Source of the DNA: Prevotellaceae bacterium
Lineage (GTDB): Bacteria; Bacteroidota; Bacteroidia; Bacteroidales; Paludibacteraceae
Reading direction: 5' to 3'
Length of the DNA stretch: 64,000 nt
Assembly: GCA_020636675.1 (NCBI GenBank)
Contig: JACJXK010000010.1
Span: 8,583 to 72,582 of the forward strand
Shown here: piece after piece, positions 20,321 to 29,273 of the stretch
Layout: each line of letters opens with the position of its first letter
Numbering within the stretch: position 1 is the stretch's first letter
Made by a program: the position numbers and the translations under genes
The notes under the pieces: model-generated
Database searches by the model: none
Told to the model about the DNA's origin: nothing
The model's input: only the letters and a program-made list of their open reading frames with translations

Positions 20321-21157
20321 ATGTTGTCTTATATAACATGGACGGTAGACCCTGATCTGTTTAGTTTTGGGAGTCTGACAGTTCGCTGGTATGGCCTGAT
20401 GTGGGCTTTGGGCTTTTTCATTGGGTATATGGTGGAATCCAAAATCTATAAGAAGGAAGGACTGCCGGATGATGCAATGGATAAGTTGTTCATATATATG
20501 ATGATCGGTACGATAGCCGGTGCTAGGTTGGGTCATTGCTTCTTTTATGATTGGGGCTATTATTCGGAGCATCTTTATAAAGTCTTGTTTATTTGGGAAG
20601 GCGGACTTTCTAGTCATGGAGGTGCGTTTGGTATTTTGGCGTCCCTTTGGCTGTTTCATAAGCGGGTGGCCAAGAAAAGTTATATCTGGGTACTTGATAG
20701 GGTGGTGATAGCCGTAGCTGTTTGTGGCGCATGTATCCGTTTAGGAAACCTGATGAATCATGAAATATATGGGCATGCGACAGATTTGCCTTGGGCCTTC
20801 CGTTTTATTACGAACATCCATGCATGGCAAAATGGGGCGGAGCCTATCTTCTCGGCACCAAGTCATCCTACTCAGATTTACGAGATTGTCTATTGTTTGG
20901 TGACGTTCTCCGTTCTTCTGTTCCTTTATTGGAAGACCAATGCAAGGAAATATGAAGGATTGCTTTTCGGTGTGTTCCTGATAGGTATATTCTTGACTCG
21001 ATTCTTGTTGGAATTTATAAAAAATAACCAGGAGTCGTTCGAGGATGGTATGCCAATTAACATGGGTCAGATTTTGAGCGTGCCGTTTTTTCTTTTCGGT
21101 TTCTATTTTGTTATAAAAGCATGGTTGAAAAGCCGTAAATCACTGCAAAATCGTTAA
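20321..21157 (+). CDS. lgt: Prolipoprotein diacylglyceryl transferase
   Basis: 278-aa polytopic protein with Lgt-type segments (VRWYGLMWALGF, WEGGLSSHGGAFG). Confidence 0.92.
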   Translation: MLSYITWTVDPDLFSFGSLTVRWYGLMWALGFFIGYMVESKIYKKEGLPDDAMDKLFIYMMIGTIAGARLGHCFFYDWGYYSEHLYKVLFIWEGGLSSHGGAFGILASLWLFHKRVAKKSYIWVLDRVVIAVAVCGACIRLGNLMNHEIYGHATDLPWAFRFITNIHAWQNGAEPIFSAPSHPTQIYEIVYCLVTFSVLLFLYWKTNARKYEGLLFGVFLIGIFLTRFLLEFIKNNQESFEDGMPINMGQILSVPFFLFGFYFVIKAWLKSRKSLQNR

Positions 21158-21161
21158 AGTT

Positions 21162-22343
21162 ATGAAAATAGTAGACAATGTTTATTATGTTGGGGTGAAT
21201 GACAGAAATAAGACTCTGTTTGAAAACCAATGGCCGTTGCCTTGTGGTGTATCCTACAACTCTTATCTGTTAGTGGACGATAAGGTTGCGTTGGTCGACA
21301 CAGTGGATATTTCTTGTTGTGAAGTTTTCTTTAATGAGATAGAAGAAGTCCTTGCCGGACGTAAAATAGATTATTTGATCATCAACCACATGGAACCGGA
21401 CCATTCTGGCTCTATAGGCTTGGTCAGACAGAAATATCCGGACATTAAGATAGTGGGCAATGCCAAGACCTTTTCTATGATAAAAGGTTATTTTGGCATA
21501 GAAGATGGATTGCTGGAGGTCAAAGATGGAGATTCATTAAGCCTTGGGTCTTTGAAACTCTCTTTCTTCCTTACGCCGATGGTCCATTGGCCGGAGACGA
21601 TGATGACCTATGATACAACGCATCAGATCCTTTTTTCTGGCGATGCTTTTGGTTGCTTTGGTGCGTTGGATGGGGGAGTGTTGGATTCTACAATCAATCC
21701 GGATAGATACTGGGACGAAATGCGCCGATATTATGCGTGCATCGTCGGGAAATACGGATCTCCCGTACAGAAGGCTTTGTCCAAATTGAAGGATGTGAAA
21801 TTGGAATATATTTGTTCTACGCATGGTCCTGTCTGGCAGAAGGAAACGGCGAAGGCGGTTGCTTTGTACGACAGATGGAGCCGTTACGTCGCAGAACCGG
21901 GCGCTGTGGTTGTTTATGGTTCTATGTATGGAAATACGGAGCAGATGGCGGAGTCTGTTGCGAGAGGCCTAGTGCAGGGAGGCGTTAAGAATGTGGTCGT
22001 TTATAATGCTACAAAAACTGATCCCTCTTTTATCTTGTCAGACGTGTTCCGTTATTCTGCTTTGGTGGTAGGTAGTCCTACTTATATGAATGAACTGTTT
22101 CCTGTAGTGGAATCTTTTCTTCAGAAAGTGGCACGGAGAGACGTGAAAAATAGAATATTCGCATCTTTCGGCTCTGCTTCTTGGGCTGGTGTTTCCGTAA
22201 AACGGATATCTGAAATTATAGATAAGTGCGGTTGGCGGTTGGTCGGTTCGGTCGATAACCTTCATGCTGCGACTTCACAGAAAAAGGCTGAATGCGAACT
22301 TTTGGGCAAACAAATAGCTTTGGAAATACAGAAGGAGGGTTGA
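21162..22343 (+). CDS. FprA-family flavodiiron protein (metallo-beta-lactamase-like plus flavodoxin-like domains)
   Basis: Diiron motif HMEPDH within YLIINHMEPDHSG. The C-terminal flavodoxin-like part is VVVYGSMYGNTEQMAE. Confidence 0.87.
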   Translation: MKIVDNVYYVGVNDRNKTLFENQWPLPCGVSYNSYLLVDDKVALVDTVDISCCEVFFNEIEEVLAGRKIDYLIINHMEPDHSGSIGLVRQKYPDIKIVGNAKTFSMIKGYFGIEDGLLEVKDGDSLSLGSLKLSFFLTPMVHWPETMMTYDTTHQILFSGDAFGCFGALDGGVLDSTINPDRYWDEMRRYYACIVGKYGSPVQKALSKLKDVKLEYICSTHGPVWQKETAKAVALYDRWSRYVAEPGAVVVYGSMYGNTEQMAESVARGLVQGGVKNVVVYNATKTDPSFILSDVFRYSALVVGSPTYMNELFPVVESFLQKVARRDVKNRIFASFGSASWAGVSVKRISEIIDKCGWRLVGSVDNLHAATSQKKAECELLGKQIALEIQKEG

Positions 22344-22443
22344 TTTTGTTCCATAGTTCACGAAAAAATGTACAAATAGATTATTTATCTTGTGTTTTTT
22401 GTATTTTTGTCAACTTTTTGAAAAAAGAATAAGGAGGAAGACA

Positions 22444-22486
22444 AAGAAACCCTTATCTGCTTCGAGATAGTGGGTTTCTTTTTTTT
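22444..22486 (+). terminator. Rho-independent terminator after the flavodiiron gene
   Basis: aagaaaccc/ttatct pairs with agata/gggtttctt (22444-22480), followed by a T run to 22486. Confidence 0.6.
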
Positions 22487-22605
22487 GAAGATCTTCTTTC
22501 TGCTGCTCTTGAATTTATTGGGAATATATATATAAGAAGAAAAATTGCAAAAGGACGGAGTGTCCGTAATGAATCTATTTTAATAATAAAAAACGACAAG
22601 AAAAA

Positions 22606-23418
22606 ATGAGAATTCTTATTCAACCTGACTACGCGTCTGTTTCTAAATGGGCTGCTAATTATGTTGCTTCGGCTATTAATAAATTTAATCCGACGGAGAG
22701 CAACAAATTTGTTTTGGGTCTTCCCACTGGATCGTCTCCATTGGGAATGTACAAGGAGTTAATCGAACTCAACAAGAAGGGGGTTGTCTCTTTCAAGAAT
22801 GTCATTACGTTCAACATGGACGAGTATGTTAACTTGCCCAAAGAACATCCGGAAAGCTATTATTCTTTTATGTGGAATAATTTCTTCCATCATATAGACA
22901 TTCCTGAAAAACAGGTGAACATTTTGAATGGCAATGCTTCTGATTTGCAGAAAGAGTGTGCCGATTACGAGGCTCGCATTAAAAATGCGGGAGGCATCGA
23001 TTTGTTCGTGGGCGGTATTGGCCCCGATGGCCATATCGCATTCAACGAACCCGGATCGTCCCTTACTTCACGTACACGCATGAAATCGTTGACGCAAGAC
23101 ACCATCATTGCCAATTCCCGTTTCTTCGAGAACGATACGGCTAAAGTGCCGGTCTCTGCGTTGACCGTGGGTGTGGGCACCATCATGGATGCCAAGGAGG
23201 TTTTGATTTTGGTGAACGGCTACAATAAGGCTCGTGCTTTGCAGCAGGCAGTAGAGGGTGGCGTGAGCCAGATGTGCACGTTGAGTGCCTTGCAGTTGCA
23301 CCCTAAGGGCATCATCGTCTGTGATGAGATGGCTACTTATGAAATGAAGGTTTCGACCTACCGTTATTTCCAATCTATAGAGAGGGATAATATCTCTCCC
23401 TCTTCTTTGTTGAAGTAA
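22606..23418 (+). CDS. nagB: Glucosamine-6-phosphate deaminase
   Basis: 270 aa with [17 protein letters not shown] and FNMDEYV motifs typical of NagB. Confidence 0.93.
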   Translation: MRILIQPDYASVSKWAANYVASAINKFNPTESNKFVLGLPTGSSPLGMYKELIELNKKGVVSFKNVITFNMDEYVNLPKEHPESYYSFMWNNFFHHIDIPEKQVNILNGNASDLQKECADYEARIKNAGGIDLFVGGIGPDGHIAFNEPGSSLTSRTRMKSLTQDTIIANSRFFENDTAKVPVSALTVGVGTIMDAKEVLILVNGYNKARALQQAVEGGVSQMCTLSALQLHPKGIIVCDEMATYEMKVSTYRYFQSIERDNISPSSLLK

Positions 23419-23611
23419 TTCGGGACGATATGCAGATGCGCTTTTCTTCTGGAGAAAAGCGTTCGAATTAAATAAAGATTCCGCATAAAGGTTAATTGAA
23501 TTTTTATTCTTGTGACTTTTGTGTGGAATCTTTGTTATCTTTGCGAATCTGTTTTTCCGATTGCTGAAATCGGAAAGGATTATATCGTTTAGAAACTTTA
23601 TAGAAACTTTT

Positions 23612-25360
23612 ATGGATAATAATACAGCATTATTGAATGAGGTTACAGCCAAGGCAAACGTATGGCTGAATGGTAATTATGATGCGGAGACCAAAGATGA
23701 GGTTCGCCGTATGTTGCAAAATTCGGATAAGATGGATTTGATAGAGGCTTTTTATAGGGATCTTGAATTCGGAACCGGAGGCTTGCGCGGTATTATGGGT
23801 GTTGGAACTAACAGAATGAATATATATACTGTAGGTTCTGCAACGCAAGGCCTTGCCAACTATCTGAAGATGCAGTTCAAAAACGAGTCTCAAATCAAAG
23901 TGGTTATCGGTCATGATTGCCGTAACAATAGCCGCCTTTTTGCGGAGACGGCTGCCAATATATTTTCTGCGAATGGAATAAAGGTGTATTTGTTCGAAGA
24001 TTTGCGTCCGACGCCGGAGATGTCGTTCACCATCCGTGAGTTGGGTTGCCAAAGCGGCATCATACTTACCGCCAGCCATAATCCTAAAGAATACAACGGA
24101 TATAAGGCTTATTGGAATGATGGTGGCCAGTTGATTCCTCCTCATGATGTGGATGTGATTAAAGAGGTGGAGAAAATCAAGTCTGTTGATGAGATTAAGT
24201 TTGAGGGCAATAAGGGCCTTATCGAAATAATAGGCAAAGAGGTGGATGACAAATATATCAAATGCATCACCAAATTGACGCTTTCTCCTGAGTCTATCAA
24301 GAGAAACGAGGATATGAAGATTGTTTATACCCCTATTCATGGTACAGGAGTGAATATCATTCCTGCTACGATGAAGGCTTTCGGTTTCAAAAATATTATC
24401 AATGTTCCGGAACAGGATGTGGTAAGCGGAAATTTCCCTACGGTTGTTTCTCCGAATCCGGAAGAGCCTGCGGCTTTGGATCTTGCTGTTAAGAAGGCCA
24501 TAGCAACGGATGCCGAATTGGTGCTGGCCTCTGATCCTGACGCTGACCGTGTGGGTGCTGCCGTGAAAAACGACAAGGGTGAGTTCATTCTTCTGAACGG
24601 AAACCAAACGGCTATGATGCTGACTTATTACTTGGTGCGCCGTTGGAAGGAACTTGGTAAGATTAACGGAAAGGAATATGTCGTTAAGACTATCGTTACT
24701 ACAGAGTTGATTAAGGAGATTGCAGACCGTAATGGAGTTGAGTGCTTCGATGTGTTTACCGGATTCAAATGGATTGCGGCTATTATGCGCGAGAACGAAG
24801 GAAAGTTGAACTATATCGGAGGTGGAGAGGAAAGCTACGGTTATTTGCCGGAAGACTTTGTCCGCGATAAGGATGCCGTTTCTACTTGTACCATGTTGGC
24901 CGAGGTCGCTGCTTGGGCTAAGGATAACGGAATGTCAATGTTCGAGTTGCTTCGTAATATATATGCAGAGTATGGCTTCTCTATGAACAAAGGCATCTCT
25001 GTGACCAAGAAGGGTAAGGCCGGCGCTGATGAAATCAAACAGATGATGGCAGACTTCAGAAGCAATCCGCCAAAGGAAATCGCAGGTTCTCCTGTCGTTA
25101 TGGTCAAAGATTATGCGTCGCTAGAGGCTAAAGATAGAAATGGAAATGTTTCTAAGCTGGTAATGCCTACCACGTCGGATGTACTCCAAATCTTCACGGA
25201 AGAGGGTGACAAGATTTCTATCCGTCCATCAGGAACGGAGCCTAAAATCAAATTCTACGTGGAGGTTCGTGGTGAGATGAAGTCTGTCGCTGATTATGAA
25301 GCTGCCAATAAGAAGGCATTGGATAAGATAGAGGCAGTAAAGAAATCACTGGGACTATAA
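23612..25360 (+). CDS. Phospho-sugar mutase (alpha-D-phosphohexomutase family, phosphoglucomutase-like)
   Basis: Active-site loop TASHNPKEYNGYK and metal-binding DPDADR. ATG 23612 (MDNNTALLNEV) is preferred over the upstream-extended ORF start 23519. Confidence 0.9.
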   Translation: MDNNTALLNEVTAKANVWLNGNYDAETKDEVRRMLQNSDKMDLIEAFYRDLEFGTGGLRGIMGVGTNRMNIYTVGSATQGLANYLKMQFKNESQIKVVIGHDCRNNSRLFAETAANIFSANGIKVYLFEDLRPTPEMSFTIRELGCQSGIILTASHNPKEYNGYKAYWNDGGQLIPPHDVDVIKEVEKIKSVDEIKFEGNKGLIEIIGKEVDDKYIKCITKLTLSPESIKRNEDMKIVYTPIHGTGVNIIPATMKAFGFKNIINVPEQDVVSGNFPTVVSPNPEEPAALDLAVKKAIATDAELVLASDPDADRVGAAVKNDKGEFILLNGNQTAMMLTYYLVRRWKELGKINGKEYVVKTIVTTELIKEIADRNGVECFDVFTGFKWIAAIMRENEGKLNYIGGGEESYGYLPEDFVRDKDAVSTCTMLAEVAAWAKDNGMSMFELLRNIYAEYGFSMNKGISVTKKGKAGADEIKQMMADFRSNPPKEIAGSPVVMVKDYASLEAKDRNGNVSKLVMPTTSDVLQIFTEEGDKISIRPSGTEPKIKFYVEVRGEMKSVADYEAANKKALDKIEAVKKSLGL

Positions 25361-25392
25361 GAGATGAAATCCGTTTTCTATACGGTAATTTT

Positions 25393-25420
25393 GAGGCGGA
25401 CTATATGGTCCGCCTCTTTT
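25393..25420 (+). terminator. Rho-independent terminator after the phospho-sugar mutase gene
   Basis: gaggcggac (25393-25401) pairs with gtccgcctc (25408-25416), followed by TTTT. Confidence 0.65.
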
Positions 25421-25801
25421 GTTGATGCCATGAGCCCGAAGTGGTTTTGGTGAAAGCCATTGCCATGAACGATGACGACAACCGTTTGTTCCGAGGTCCG
25501 TTGACGGAATTCCGTGAAGAGATTGGAAACGAGTTTCCGACAGCCGGATTACTTGTCTGCTCAATAGACGAAGTTGAGGCGGAAATGATGGATGTCGCCG
25601 GATTTTTTCAGATGCGCAGAGAAAGGTATCTGAAGTGGTATGGAGAAAAAACTAATTGACAACTCAAATTATTTCTATTCGGAAACTGCATTTTTGGAGA
25701 TATTTCTTTCTTTTGATGCTACGAATAATATAAACAAAGATGATGAACCTGATTCTTTAGGTTGATTGAAAATTGATAGTAAGACGTAATAATAAGAAAC
25801 T

Positions 25802-26344
25802 ATGCAACTAACGACAGGACGTCCGGCAAATATGAGTGGCCGTTTGGATAAGGAGGTGCGCGTATATGATTTGTTGGATCAGCTCCAGATGGCGTATCAG
25901 TATGTCGATCATGAGGCGGCGGAATCGATGACCGTCTGCGAGGCGATTGAAAAGGAGCTGAATCTGACTATCTGCAAAAACTTATTCCTCTGCAACCGTC
26001 AACAGACTAAATTCTACCTCTTGATGATAAGGGGTGATAAGGTCTTCAAAACAAAGGAAATATCTAGTCAGATAAACAGCCCGAGGTTGTCGTTCGCATC
26101 GTCCGAGCGGATGGCTGAATTTCTGGACATCACGCCGGGTTCCGTGAGTGTCATGGGCTTGATGAACGATACGGACAATAACGTCAGCTTGCTGATAGAC
26201 AGTGAAATTCTCTCCGATGAATATTTCGGTTGCCATCCCTGTATCAACACCACTAGCTTGAAAATTAAGGCGTCCGACTTGCTGGATAAATTCTTGCCCG
26301 CCGTACATCACGACTATACAGAAGTGTACCTGACCGGCGAGTAG
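25802..26344 (+). CDS. YbaK/ProX-type aminoacyl-tRNA editing domain protein
   Basis: 180 aa. It has the pattern of prolyl-tRNA-synthetase-associated editing domains (..CKNLFLCNRQ...YLLM...DITPGSVSVMGLMND...GCHPC.NT). Confidence 0.75.
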   Translation: MQLTTGRPANMSGRLDKEVRVYDLLDQLQMAYQYVDHEAAESMTVCEAIEKELNLTICKNLFLCNRQQTKFYLLMIRGDKVFKTKEISSQINSPRLSFASSERMAEFLDITPGSVSVMGLMNDTDNNVSLLIDSEILSDEYFGCHPCINTTSLKIKASDLLDKFLPAVHHDYTEVYLTGE

Positions 26345-26520
26345 TATTTTGGCCGTTTGGAAAGGTGCCATCCGGTCAGAAGACGGGAACAATTACCAAA
26401 TCTCCCGGCGTACGTTTTCAGGACGGGAGGTCGAGCCGTGTTTCAAAATGGAAATGTATAGGTTTGTCCGTAGCATACTTTTTTCTCTAAAGAATGCTTT
26501 TCTTGCAAAGAAAGTTTGTA

Positions 26521-26567
26521 AATTATCATATTGATATTATCTTTGTGATAATATCAATATGATAATT
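26521..26567. promoter_or_regulatory. Perfect 21-bp inverted repeat with 5-bp spacer immediately upstream of the radical-SAM/NrtR fusion gene (candidate operator)
   Basis: aattatcatattgatattatc (26521-26541), then tttgt, then gataatatcaatatgataatt (26547-26567). The arms are exact reverse complements. The repeat ends 15 bp before ATG 26582. Confidence 0.6.
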
Positions 26568-26581
26568 TATTGAATAAGCCT

Positions 26582-28744
26582 ATGAAATGTATTGAAACGT
26601 ATGAGACGGGGTTGCTTTATCACCATTATGCTAATACGGCATATCCTTTGACTCCTCAATCTTTTAAAGAGTACAGATTGGATGGAGATGAGAAAATTGA
26701 CAAGTTTGTTCGTACAGAATGGAAAAATGTGGACGAATTGTCGCTTTATATTCATGTTCCGTTCTGTAAGTCTCGATGCAAATTCTGTGAATATGTTGTA
26801 CTTGATACCTGTGATGCGCAGTTAGAGGATGAGTATGTTGATTTGCTCCTGAAGGAGATGTCCATGTATGCTGAGATTCTTAAGGGAAAGAGGATTGTGG
26901 GATATGATTTAGGAGGAGGGACTCCAGCCAAATTGTCTGTTAGAAATCTGAAACGTCTTACAGACGCAGTTACATCTCTATTTTCATTTGCCGATAATGT
27001 GGTTTTCAGTGTGGAAACGACACCTCTTGTGGCGGCACAAGAACCGGAGAAAATAAAAGCTCTTTTTGATATGGGGTATGCTCGCATCAGTATGGGAATT
27101 CAGACGGTTTCGGAAAAGTTGCTAGAGGAATTGGGCCGAGATGGATCTACTTCGTTGTATGAGAAGGCTATGCGTTCTATAAGAGATGCTGGTTACGAGC
27201 GTTTTAATATTGATCTGATGTATGGCTTTTTGCATCAGACGGATGTCGATTTCAAAAATACGTTGAAATACGCAATCGGACTGAATCCTGAGTATATTAC
27301 GCTATATAGGAACCGATATAAAGGAACTAAGTTGGAATCCGAGGCAGGTGGCGTTTCAATTTACAAGGCACTCTACCAATATCGGATTGCGTACCGTTTG
27401 TTGACGGAGAATGGGTATGAGGCCAACGTAGGTAAGAACACGTTTAGTAGGGTCCCTGAAGATTATGGTACGAGTGATTATCTGACCAAACGCGTTATAT
27501 ATGGTACCCCTTATGTGGGGATGGGGCTCGGTGCTCAGTCGTTCGGAATGAACTATTTGGCTTATAATTTGGGAGCTGCGGAAAAACGCATGGAGCGTTA
27601 TAAGTCTGCAATTTTGGCAGGTAAACTGCCATTGCAGGATATTTATGATTTGCCGAAGGAGGAATCTATAGCTAAGATGGTTTCGGTGGCTTTCTATTTC
27701 GCGTTTGTTGATCTTAATGCTTTCAAAAATCGGTTTGGTGTCGATTTTGAATCTTATTTTGCCGAAGAGATTGCTTTCGTAATCGAGAATGGATTGATGG
27801 AGAAAAAAGATGATAGACTATATTTGACGGAACGGGGAGCTGATTTTATCAATGGTGTGATTCCATTGTTTTACTCGAAGCGCTCGAAGAAAGAACTAAA
27901 TTATATTTTTGAGAAGAGACATACGGATGGAAAGTCGGATGAAGAATTGTTTCTTGAGTCGTATGATATAAAGAATTATGAACAAGTGTCTGCGACTGTT
28001 GATGTCGCTGCTTTTGCTTTGCAGCCGCAAAAGACGGAGCAATATCGGCAAGATGATGTGCAGACGTTGTCTTTGTTGTTGGTGAAGCGTGGAGAACATC
28101 CGTATATGAATAAGTGGGCATTGCCGGGTGGCTTCTTAAGAGGTGACGAGAATATTAAGGATTGTGCTTATCGTGAAATTAGAGAGGAAACTGGTGTCGT
28201 CCCGAATGCTTTGATGCAGATAGGTACATTCAGTGAGCCTAATAGGGATCCGCGTGGTAGAATCATCTCCAATGCCTTTGTCTCAATCATGACAGATACT
28301 GTGACTGCCAGAGGCGGAGATGACGCCATAGATGCGAGGTGGTTTGATGTTGATTTTATAAGGAAGGATGGTAGGTTGTTATTGACACTTTCCTCTGGCG
28401 ATCTGAAACTGACGGCAACTTTGTATGAAACGCAGCATAAATTTGGCCAGTTTGAGTTCGAAATAGAGAAGAGCGACGGTTTGGCTTTCGACCATGCTAA
28501 TATTATTGCTACTGCGCTATCTGTGCTTCAGGTTAATATTGTCGATTTCGATATGATTTTCGATTTTATGCCGGAGAAGTTTACACTAGCGAGCTTGCAG
28601 AGAGTGCAGGAAACTATCTTGAATATTTCGATCCTGCCCGCAAATTTCAGGAGAAAGGCTTCTGCTTATATAGAGGAGACAAATGAATATACAGAAGGCT
28701 CCGGACATCGGCCGGCACAACTTTTCCGAAAGAAAATGAAATAA
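26582..28744 (+). CDS. Fusion protein: HemN/HemW-like radical SAM domain + Nudix hydrolase domain + NrtR-type winged-helix domain
   Basis: The radical SAM motif is CKSRCKFC and the GGGTP motif reads YDLGGGTPAKL. The Nudix box is intact (GGFLRGDENIKDCAYREIREETGV). The C-terminus (LAFDHANIIATAL...MPEKFTLASLQRVQETIL...NFRRK...GHRPAQLF) matches the NrtR wHTH pattern. Confidence 0.85.
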   Translation: MKCIETYETGLLYHHYANTAYPLTPQSFKEYRLDGDEKIDKFVRTEWKNVDELSLYIHVPFCKSRCKFCEYVVLDTCDAQLEDEYVDLLLKEMSMYAEILKGKRIVGYDLGGGTPAKLSVRNLKRLTDAVTSLFSFADNVVFSVETTPLVAAQEPEKIKALFDMGYARISMGIQTVSEKLLEELGRDGSTSLYEKAMRSIRDAGYERFNIDLMYGFLHQTDVDFKNTLKYAIGLNPEYITLYRNRYKGTKLESEAGGVSIYKALYQYRIAYRLLTENGYEANVGKNTFSRVPEDYGTSDYLTKRVIYGTPYVGMGLGAQSFGMNYLAYNLGAAEKRMERYKSAILAGKLPLQDIYDLPKEESIAKMVSVAFYFAFVDLNAFKNRFGVDFESYFAEEIAFVIENGLMEKKDDRLYLTERGADFINGVIPLFYSKRSKKELNYIFEKRHTDGKSDEELFLESYDIKNYEQVSATVDVAAFALQPQKTEQYRQDDVQTLSLLLVKRGEHPYMNKWALPGGFLRGDENIKDCAYREIREETGVVPNALMQIGTFSEPNRDPRGRIISNAFVSIMTDTVTARGGDDAIDARWFDVDFIRKDGRLLLTLSSGDLKLTATLYETQHKFGQFEFEIEKSDGLAFDHANIIATALSVLQVNIVDFDMIFDFMPEKFTLASLQRVQETILNISILPANFRRKASAYIEETNEYTEGSGHRPAQLFRKKMK

Positions 28745-28822
28745 CGGGTTCATGAGAAGAGGGATGTGTCTTGCCTATTCTATTAATGCTATGTAGGATT
28801 TTTTGACGATTACCAAAAGAGG

Positions 28823-28856
28823 AAAAGCCAATCGGAATAGATTCCGGTTGGCTTTT
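28823..28856. terminator. Bidirectional hairpin between convergent genes
   Basis: aaaagccaatcgga pairs with tccggttggctttt (one mismatch), with A and T runs on either side. Confidence 0.55.
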
Positions 28857-28890
28857 TGTAAGTAACTGAAAAATGAAAAAATGTGTTTTT

Positions 28891-29184
28891 TTAAATAGCC
28901 TGTTCTATGTTCCACACAAAGGCTCTTAGTCCTAGTTGCTCTGTTTCCAAATCCATCTCATGGAGGATTTTTAGGATAGAGTCAACTTTGTCGTCTTCTA
29001 CCACACTGATGATAGCTGAGCACATAGATGGCCACGCATGGCTTCCGTAATGAGGGTCTCCCGTTTTGGATCCTCTGCCTTGAACCTGCTCCAAATAAGA
29101 GAATCCACGGCAGTTCATCTTCTCAAGTGTGCTTATTATTCTTTCGTAATAAGCTTGGTCGAATGTTATTAATATTGATTTCAT
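28891..29184 (-). CDS. Small PG0541-type / P-II-fold-like transporter-associated protein
   Basis: A 97-aa product from ATG 29184 (MKSILITFDQAYYERIISTLEKMNCRGFSYLEQVQGRG...). It lies directly downstream of the RND permease gene. The longer ORF (to 29418) overlaps the permease and is rejected. Confidence 0.6.
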   Translation of the reverse strand: MKSILITFDQAYYERIISTLEKMNCRGFSYLEQVQGRGSKTGDPHYGSHAWPSMCSAIISVVEDDKVDSILKILHEMDLETEQLGLRAFVWNIEQAI

Positions 29185-29273
29185 TGTAATCTTGTATTTG
29201 GACAAGTGTGGATCCGGAAGACTGCACATCGGAAAATCTCTTCCGATGGCAGTCTTTGGATTCTTCCACGTTG

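Noticed and set aside
23630-24607. 325-aa minus-strand ORF
   Set aside because: It is antisense to the phospho-sugar mutase gene, which carries the TASHNP active-site loop. There is no independent support.
25441-25659. 72-aa acidic ORF after the phospho-sugar mutase terminator
   Set aside because: It could be a small protein or a gene fragment. It has no recognisable family, no clear promoter box, and starts at a non-ATG codon in the track. I left it uncalled.
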